A DNA stretch of 64,000 nucleotides from the IMG/VR virus record IMGVR_UViG_3300008259_003073. The stretch is one strand, 5' to 3'. Source of the stretch: a virus. Its lineage: Duplodnaviria; Caudoviricetes. Each line of letters opens with the position of its first letter. Positions within the stretch are counted from its first letter, which is position 1. This document shows positions 57,716 through 64,000 of this stretch, piece after piece. Under the pieces are notes generated by a model. The model saw nothing but the letters and a program-made list of their open reading frames with translations. It made no database searches and was not told the DNA's origin. The translations under genes were made by a program, and so were the position numbers.

Positions 57716-60700
57716 TTATGTTAATGTATATGTTATGCTACTTCCTGCACCACCTGCATTCGGAACAGTTGTTCTGTAAACCTTATACTGTCCAATCGTT
57801 GTTAATGTAAATTGTCCTAATACCGCAAAACCACTCGTTGAGATACCTGTTAAGTTTGGTCTTGCTGAATCAAATACTATATAAAGATATTTATCACCCG
57901 TCCAACTAATTGTTAGGGTTTGTCCACTTGCAGTAGTTGTTCCTTTTGATATTGTACCAATTGAACCACCCAATGTAGTATCCCATGCTCCAATATTTTC
58001 CAATTCTCCGGCAGTAAATGAAGATGCGTCACTTGCACCATATCTTAAACTTCTAATTTTTGTATAAGTAGTAGTTGTCGTAGATGTGGTTGTTAAATCT
58101 GGTATATTATCACCTATTGGAGATGCGTAGTTCGCAGTAGCGGTTATACTAATTGAAGTAGAACCCGTTGCAGAACCTGTCACAAAGTATGGTGTACTAA
58201 CATTTGTTGTAGTATTTACCAAATTCCAACTATTAGATGGGTCTGCTGATGAAGATGTGAATGAAATACTACCAGTCGCACCTTGTTCGATTTGATTTGA
58301 TGATGCCCCTAACTGAACTGTCGCAGTTGGTGTCAACGTAGGAGAAGCGGGGCTTGATTTGGAAATTGTTCCAGTAGCCGTAGTTGACGTTTTATACAAA
58401 GTACCATCTAATGGAGAACTTGCAGTATATTCTAATCTATATGTATGTGAACCAGATGTAGTTGTACTGAATGATAATGATGTTCCACTACCAACTTCAG
58501 TTAATAAAGTAGAACCTTCGTATAAAGATGCACTTACTAATGTATATCCCTGATTACTCCAAGTACCATTTACAATGTACGCATCATTTACATTATTAAA
58601 TCTATCTGTTAAAAATCCACTTAAAGATGTTGCTATTGATGTTGGTATTGCTGGAGTTCCGAAAATAAATTTCAAAGTTCCATTTATAAATGTTACTGCC
58701 ACATTACTATCAAAATCTGCCACTTCGATTCCTGTTAATTGTTCTATACTATTTGTTACATAATTGATATATCCACTACTTGATTCTAATGCTGCAATAG
58801 ATGCGGATACGGATTCACTAAAAGATGATGTAAATGTATTTAAATTTTCAATCGAAATTTTAGCAGAAGCAGAAAATGTATTTAATTGTGTTAAAGGATT
58901 TCCTCCACTAATTCCACCAATTCCTTCTAAATACACAAGTCTTTCTTCGTGGTCTTTAACAGACGATGTCATCAATGATGCACTTATATATGATTGAGAT
59001 GCGGATATTATTAATGAACCCGTAATCGTTGCTAATGCAGTATTTTGAGTTAATTGAGAACCTGTGAAATTATTTAAACTTGCAGTAGTTTGGTAAATAG
59101 ATTCCAACGAAGCGGTTACACTTGCACTAAATAAATTTATAGATGCAGTAGTTTGGTAAACGGATTCCAACGAAGCAGTTACACTTGCACTAAAATTATT
59201 TAAACTTGCGGTAGTTTGGTAAACGGATTCTAATGATGATGTTACACTTGCACTAAAATTATTTAAACTTGCCGTAGTTTCGTAAATAGAACTCAACGAA
59301 GCAGTTACACTTGCACTAAAATTATTTAAACTTGCGGTAGTTTGGTAAACGGATTCTAATGATGATGTTACACTTGCACTAAATAAATTTAAAGATGCTG
59401 ATGATTGGTGAATACTTGCCAAATCATTATTTACAGATTGAGTATATAAATTTAAACTCGCAGTCGTCTGATATACGGAAACCAATGAAGCCGTTACACT
59501 TGCACTAAATAAGTTTAATGAAGAGGTAGTTTGATAAATGGATTCTAATGAAGTGGTTACACTTGCACTAAAATTATTTAAACTTGCCGTAGTTTGATTT
59601 AAAGAGGCAGTTGTATTATTTATTTCAGTTAATTGTAGTGAAGATGTAAATACACTATCACCACCTGCTAAAAGTATTTTTGATTCAGCTCCTTTTTTAC
59701 CAGCCTTCCAATAATCGATTGTACTATCCCATAACAATGAACCCGATAGTAAAGAACCACCAGTTGCATCCGTTACTTCAATACCCGCTTGGGTTTGAGA
59801 ATATCCATAATTTAATTGTATTATGTTATCTCCAATATTAACTTCATTACTATGAACTGTTGTAGTTACACCTAATACTGATAAATTTCCTAAAATGGTT
59901 GTATTAACACCATCAACTGTGATTGCAGTTTTTAAAGATGATGTATAGGAATTTAAACTAGCCGTAGTTTGATATATAGATTCTAATGATGAGGTTACAC
60001 TTGCACTAAAATTATTTAGTGGATTTAATATAGATATTATTTGTGATGAACCTGATACTAGCGTTGGTTTATTTAGAACATTTGCAAATTCTACGTCAGC
60101 AGCGGTTACACCAGTCAATCCACTACCATCCCCAACAAATGAAGAACTAATTACCGATGCACTTACATATCCACTAAAGTATGTATTAGATGAACTAATC
60201 AATAGTTCATTTACATTTGCACTGATTGTGTATTCGGATGTAGTTGTTACTTCACCTAATCCAGCCAATTTCAAACTTGCCAATCCTTCTCTTGCGGTTA
60301 AATTAGCCTGTGTAAATGTACCACCTACCAATACATTATCATTTGGTAGAAGTGTTACCGAGTTTACACTACCTGTGTTTAATCTATATGTACTAGTAGA
60401 AAATCCATCTATGAGACTTCCATTATCATAATCTACTATTATAAATCTATTAGTGGTTTGATATGATGCTAGAGGATTTCCAAGACTGGTAAAACTACCA
60501 CCTATTAATATTTTATCACCATCGTAAAAATCAAAATCATTTACATATTGTACTCCTGGAGTATTTTGGTCTGAACCACTTATGTATAGTCTAAATCCAT
60601 TATCATATGCACCCCTTCCAAAAGCCACATCATCGGTTGTTAATCTTGCAAATCCGGCATTTCTACCTTGTGCTCCTACTCTAGTATCTTTAAATCTACC

Positions 60701-62257
60701 AGCAATATAGATATAACCATTATCACCTGCGGTGTAGGCATCAGTTACTTTAATTTTTTGAATTCTATCTAAACTATTACCAGTAGCTATATCTAAATTA
60801 TTACCAGCAAATCCAAAATCTAAAGCACCACTAGGATGAAGTTTTACAAGATGATGGTAGTCGGAGAATGAATTCCATTGTTGAAAATCACCACCAATTA
60901 AAATTGCCTCTTCGGAACCACTAGGTAGTAATGCTACTGAATAAAAATTATCATCTCCAAATCCAGGAGATGTAGATACTACTAAAGAAGTATCAATAGT
61001 ACCATCTGGATTTACTCGTCTACTTCCTGATGGAAAACTACCTACACAAACTATTTTATTATCGCTTTGAATTGCAATATCTCTAATTTCACCAAATGAA
61101 CCCCAAGATTGAGCCTCAAATGATGTATCTAATATACCATCGGAATCTAACCTTGCAAGTCCATAACGCAATGCACCATTAACTCTACTAAAATTACCAC
61201 CTACTATAATTTTACCATCAGATTGAGTAACAAATGTATTTACATATCCGCCAGTATCACCTCCTATTGTTGTACTAAATACAGGTGCGGAGAAAGAAGT
61301 ATCTATCGTACCATTCGAATTTAATCTTGCTATATCATTTGTAGTATGTCCATCTACAGATGTAAATCTACCAGCAATTAATATCTTACCATCACCTAAT
61401 ACTAATGATTTTTTTATAATTGTAGATTCTGAACCTGAAAAATCTAAATTGAATGTGGAATTTAAAGCAGGTATATTTTGTGTCAATGATGCATCTAATT
61501 CAAACCCATCAGAATTAATACTACCACTCACTAAAACTGAACCAGATAGTATTGTTGGACCTATATTTCTAAAAGTAGATGAACCACTAATAGTTAAGGA
61601 ACCACTAATAGTTTGATTACCTACAAATATATTACTTCCAGTAGTCGCATAACTTGCAGTTACACTTTGTAAATTATCTACTTCACCTTGTAATGATGAA
61701 GTGATAAGTTCTATATTATCTAATCTACTATCAGCAGATTGAGTAAAAGTGTTATATCCAGTATTGATTGATTCTTGTGATGCAGTAAATGCATTTAAAG
61801 ATTGAGATACAATTGATATTGCATCAAATTGGGAATCTATTGAAGATGATAATAATACTATATCAATACCATTTACACTACCAGTAAAAGATGCACTTAT
61901 ACTATTAGCATATACAGTTCTCCATTTTGCACCAGATGTTCCTAAATCGAGAGTTCCGTTTCCACCTGGAACTAAATTAGTTGTAAATACACCTGGAACA
62001 CTAATATTATCCCCGGTGTTGTTTCCTAAAAATAAGTTACCAGATATTGCAACATCACCACTAAAATATGCGTTTGATGCGGTTATATTTCCTGTCAATA
62101 TAACATCACCATTTACAGGTGCATTTAAAGTTAATACATTGTAGTTATTTGAACCACTACCAAATTGTAAAGAACCAGAACCCTGATGTAGATATAATTC
62201 ACCTTCTGTAAGTGATTCATTTGTAGTTCCTCTTCTTATTTGAAATATAGCTGCCAT
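57716..62257 (-). CDS. Large tail fibre/spike with delta-60-type beta-propeller repeats and 21-aa coiled-coil repeats
   Basis: MAAIFQIRRG start; QSDGKIIVGGNF / ARLNSNGTIDTSF repeats; LNNFSASVTSSLESVYQTTAS tandem. Confidence 0.82.
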   Translation of the reverse strand: MAAIFQIRRGTTNESLTEGELYLHQGSGSLQFGSGSNNYNVLTLNAPVNGDVILTGNITASNAYFSGDVAISGNLFLGNNTGDNISVPGVFTTNLVPGGNGTLDLGTSGAKWRTVYANSISASFTGSVNGIDIVLLSSSIDSQFDAISIVSQSLNAFTASQESINTGYNTFTQSADSRLDNIELITSSLQGEVDNLQSVTASYATTGSNIFVGNQTISGSLTISGSSTFRNIGPTILSGSVLVSGSINSDGFELDASLTQNIPALNSTFNLDFSGSESTIIKKSLVLGDGKILIAGRFTSVDGHTTNDIARLNSNGTIDTSFSAPVFSTTIGGDTGGYVNTFVTQSDGKIIVGGNFSRVNGALRYGLARLDSDGILDTSFEAQSWGSFGEIRDIAIQSDNKIVCVGSFPSGSRRVNPDGTIDTSLVVSTSPGFGDDNFYSVALLPSGSEEAILIGGDFQQWNSFSDYHHLVKLHPSGALDFGFAGNNLDIATGNSLDRIQKIKVTDAYTAGDNGYIYIAGRFKDTRVGAQGRNAGFARLTTDDVAFGRGAYDNGFRLYISGSDQNTPGVQYVNDFDFYDGDKILIGGSFTSLGNPLASYQTTNRFIIVDYDNGSLIDGFSTSTYRLNTGSVNSVTLLPNDNVLVGGTFTQANLTAREGLASLKLAGLGEVTTTSEYTISANVNELLISSSNTYFSGYVSASVISSSFVGDGSGLTGVTAADVEFANVLNKPTLVSGSSQIISILNPLNNFSASVTSSLESIYQTTASLNSYTSSLKTAITVDGVNTTILGNLSVLGVTTTVHSNEVNIGDNIIQLNYGYSQTQAGIEVTDATGGSLLSGSLLWDSTIDYWKAGKKGAESKILLAGGDSVFTSSLQLTEINNTTASLNQTTASLNNFSASVTTSLESIYQTTSSLNLFSASVTASLVSVYQTTASLNLYTQSVNNDLASIHQSSASLNLFSASVTSSLESVYQTTASLNNFSASVTASLSSIYETTASLNNFSASVTSSLESVYQTTASLNNFSASVTASLESVYQTTASINLFSASVTASLESIYQTTASLNNFTGSQLTQNTALATITGSLIISASQSYISASLMTSSVKDHEERLVYLEGIGGISGGNPLTQLNTFSASAKISIENLNTFTSSFSESVSASIAALESSSGYINYVTNSIEQLTGIEVADFDSNVAVTFINGTLKFIFGTPAIPTSIATSLSGFLTDRFNNVNDAYIVNGTWSNQGYTLVSASLYEGSTLLTEVGSGTSLSFSTTTSGSHTYRLEYTASSPLDGTLYKTSTTATGTISKSSPASPTLTPTATVQLGASSNQIEQGATGSISFTSSSADPSNSWNLVNTTTNVSTPYFVTGSATGSTSISITATANYASPIGDNIPDLTTTSTTTTTYTKIRSLRYGASDASSFTAGELENIGAWDTTLGGSIGTISKGTTTASGQTLTISWTGDKYLYIVFDSARPNLTGISTSGFAVLGQFTLTTIGQYKVYRTTVPNAGGAGSSITYTLT
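59080..59600 (-). repeat. In-frame 63-bp (21-aa) tandem repeat
   Basis: Core GTTACACTTGCACTAAA at 59115, 59178, 59241, 59304, 59367, 59493, 59556; isolated copy at 59994. Confidence 0.9.
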
Positions 62258-62277
62258 TTATTGTTATTTCTGTTTTG

Positions 62278-62286
62278 TATAAATAT
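62278..62286 (-). promoter_or_regulatory. Late-type motif ATATTTATA
   Basis: Exact 9-mer 20 nt upstream of 62257. Confidence 0.5.
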
Positions 62287-62287
62287 C

Positions 62288-63088
62288 TTAAATATTAAAA
62301 TCTAAATCACCTGATTCCGAAATATATTTTGCCAAGTGCATATAGTTTGCAGTTATACTGCCAGTTGTTACATTTATTGCAGATGCACTTACCGATAAAC
62401 GAGTAGTATTACCAATTACAACATCAAATGAACCTGTCCGTGCTATTGCTAGAGTATTAGCAGTTGAATCTTCTATGAAGTTTACAGTTCCTGCTGCTTC
62501 GGGGTCTAAATTAAAATCAAATGTGTTTGGTCCTGCGGATACACCAACTTCTGTTCCATTTACTAAAAATGAACCACTTACAGAAACTGAACCTGTGAAT
62601 GAATGAATATCATCGGATGTATTACCGAATTTAGAACTACCACTTTCAAAAAGTATAGATGAAGAAATTACTGATATATTAAATTGTCTAGCATTTACTT
62701 CACCTAATACGGTTAAATTATTTGTAATGGTTTGAGAACCACTTAATATTAAGCTCCCACTTAATAATGCGGAACTACCTGTAATATCTCCACTTATATC
62801 AATATCACCTGCTCCTATAATATCATTTGTTACATACAAATCTCTAGTTATATTGGCGTCTTGTGTTACTACTAATTCCCCAAAGGAACCCGTTCGAGTT
62901 AAGGCTATAGAGCCAGTTGTAATTGAGTTTGTTACTACAATACCTTCTATGGAATCTAAATTTCCGGAACGCTTAATAAATACCTTACCATCGTAAGTGT
63001 TTATTGCTATTTCCCCAACATTTAATGAACCAGTATCTGGTACTTTGCCAGGTAGCGATGAACGCTTTAGTATAATACTTTGTGCCAT
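62288..63088 (-). CDS. Tail/virion structural protein
   Basis: LKRS...GKVPDTGSL..GE..N.YDGK N-terminal anchor domain, S/G-rich. Confidence 0.7.
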   Translation of the reverse strand: MAQSIILKRSSLPGKVPDTGSLNVGEIAINTYDGKVFIKRSGNLDSIEGIVVTNSITTGSIALTRTGSFGELVVTQDANITRDLYVTNDIIGAGDIDISGDITGSSALLSGSLILSGSQTITNNLTVLGEVNARQFNISVISSSILFESGSSKFGNTSDDIHSFTGSVSVSGSFLVNGTEVGVSAGPNTFDFNLDPEAAGTVNFIEDSTANTLAIARTGSFDVVIGNTTRLSVSASAINVTTGSITANYMHLAKYISESGDLDFNI

Positions 63089-63123
63089 ATATATGAGCTG
63101 TAGATTATTTGATATTATGTAAT

Positions 63124-63149
63124 AAAAAAAGGTACTATATAGTACCTTT
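63124..63149 (-). terminator. Rho-independent terminator
   Basis: Perfect 22-nt palindrome AAAGGTACTATATAGTACCTTT (63128-63149) followed by a T-run on the minus strand. Confidence 0.7.
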
Positions 63150-63157
63150 ATAAATAT
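63149..63157 (-). promoter_or_regulatory. Late-type motif ATATTTATA
   Basis: Exact 9-mer 60 nt upstream of 63088, but on the upstream side of the hairpin. Confidence 0.3.
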
Positions 63158-63176
63158 ATGATATTTTTATAATCGT

Positions 63177-63827
63177 TTAAAATTCTCCAGCATCTGGACC
63201 CAATGAAGAAGATGCTTCTAAAGCTGCTAATCTATTAGCTACTGAACCACTAAATGCTAATACATCTCCAATTCCATAAAGTGAACCACTAAAACCATTT
63301 GTAGTTGTAAAAGTTCCTCTAACTTCCTCATTGTATCTAAATTCAACTGCGGTAGGAGTAGTTGCTACTTTATAAAGAGAGCCACTACCTTGTATAAATC
63401 CGATTGTTCCTGCAAATGGTTCCGAATTGAAATCGAAATCATCGGGTCTCATTGAAGCAGTGATACCCGTCAATCCACCACCAAAACCTACATAAGCAGA
63501 TGCTGATACAATAGATGCGGATACTGCTCCTGCAATATCAATATCACCATTGCCAACAATATCTCTAGTTACAAATAAATCCTGTCCAATGTTTGCATCA
63601 AAATCAATACTAGCTTCACCAAATGAACCAGTTCCAGTCAATGTTATTGAACCAGTGGTAATCGAATTGGTAGTAACTAATGTTTGAATTGATTGTGAAG
63701 AACCCGATTTATGTAAATAAACTTTACCATCATATACGTTTACACCTAACTCACCTACTAATAGAGAGCCAGTATCAGGAACTTTTCCTGCTATGAGCGA
63801 CCGTTTTTGTAATATTTTTTGAGCCAT
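63177..63827 (-). CDS. Tail/virion structural protein (paralogue of 62288..63088)
   Basis: MAQKILQKRS..AGKVPDTGSL..GE..N.YDGK; shares FDFN motif. Confidence 0.7.
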   Translation of the reverse strand: MAQKILQKRSLIAGKVPDTGSLLVGELGVNVYDGKVYLHKSGSSQSIQTLVTTNSITTGSITLTGTGSFGEASIDFDANIGQDLFVTRDIVGNGDIDIAGAVSASIVSASAYVGFGGGLTGITASMRPDDFDFNSEPFAGTIGFIQGSGSLYKVATTPTAVEFRYNEEVRGTFTTTNGFSGSLYGIGDVLAFSGSVANRLAALEASSSLGPDAGEF

Positions 63828-63860
63828 TATGATTGATGTTTTTTGTTCATTTATAATTTT

Positions 63861-63889
63861 AAAAACCCCCCTCTTTGGAAGGGGGGTTT
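63861..63889 (-). terminator. Rho-independent terminator
   Basis: AAACCCCCCT-TCCAAAG-AGGGGGGTTT plus T-run, right after the stop at 63895. Confidence 0.8.
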
Positions 63890-63894
63890 AGTAT

Positions 63895-63999
63895 TTAGAA
63901 TGAACCACCATCAATTGTGTTACTCATTACAAAATCAGTGCCATCCCATTGTAGTAAATCTCCAGCTACACTTGCGGTTGGAACTAAATCCAAATTACC
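63895..63999 (-). CDS. C-terminal fragment of a structural protein (truncated by window end)
   Basis: Manual translation GNLDLVPTASVAGDLLQWDGTDFVMSNTIDGGSF*; not in the ORF track. Confidence 0.65.
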   Translation of the reverse strand, partial: GNLDLVPTASVAGDLLQWDGTDFVMSNTIDGGSF

Positions 64000-64000
64000 A

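Noticed and set aside
59080-59600. Regularly spaced repeats as a CRISPR array
   Set aside because: 63-bp period in frame within a CDS, and the intervening sequence is itself repeated rather than unique spacers.
186-60431. Numerous plus-strand ORFs in the track (e.g. 22762..23373, 53807..54379, 45232..45717)
   Set aside because: All lie antisense to well-supported minus-strand genes, have no recognisable motifs and no dedicated promoter or RBS context; treated as shadow ORFs.
36371-63157. TATAAATA boxes as T4-type late promoters firing on the plus strand
   Set aside because: No credible plus-strand genes follow them, whereas they sit at short distances upstream of minus-strand starts; antisense transcription cannot be fully excluded.
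1-64000. Stop-codon reassignment (alternative genetic code)
   Set aside because: Long genes such as PolB, sheath and the 1513-aa fibre are intact under the standard code and coding density is high; the two breaks found are frameshifts, not in-frame stops.
1-64000. tRNA, rRNA or other structured RNA genes
   Set aside because: Intergenic gaps are short and AT-rich; the hairpins found are explained as terminators; no cloverleaf seen by eye. tRNAscan/Infernal were not run.
1-64000. Bacterial chromosome or integrated prophage/ICE
   Set aside because: T4-like replisome plus complete contractile tail genes, single-strand orientation, and no integrase, transposase or host housekeeping operons in the window.

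Overview
A 64-kb segment of a large, AT-rich, contractile-tailed (myovirus-type) dsDNA phage with a T4-like replisome. It is not host chromosome. Every credible gene is on the minus strand; the plus-strand ORFs look like shadows. In window order: (i) a ~8.7-kb glycosylation island (GT2/GT4/CgeB-like glycosyltransferases, SAM methyltransferase, NDP-sugar epimerase); (ii) a replication/nucleotide block (Cas4-like nuclease, clamp loader, PolB, sliding clamp, thioredoxin, NrdAB, helicase, GroES, 5'-3' exonuclease, RecA/UvsX, gp32-like SSB, DUF1599/Nmad1, a frameshifted mini-PolA, a PhyH-type dioxygenase); (iii) a tail module (hub/baseplate, tape measure, assembly chaperone, tube, sheath, a Hint-domain structural protein, a GT4, several paralogous tail fibres). 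Recurrent NTTG-N20-TAnnTTnn promoter motifs suggest a Bacteroidota host, and a second motif (ATATTTATA) sits upstream of most late genes. Best candidate for a new system: 15.8-24.9 kb, where two SPPY amino-methyltransferase-like genes and a GmrSD-like DUF262+HNH nuclease flank a coupled PLP enzyme / 2-hydroxyacid dehydrogenase / asparagine-synthetase operon, which may be an undescribed DNA hypermodification pathway. All family calls are from motif recognition by eye; no searches were run.
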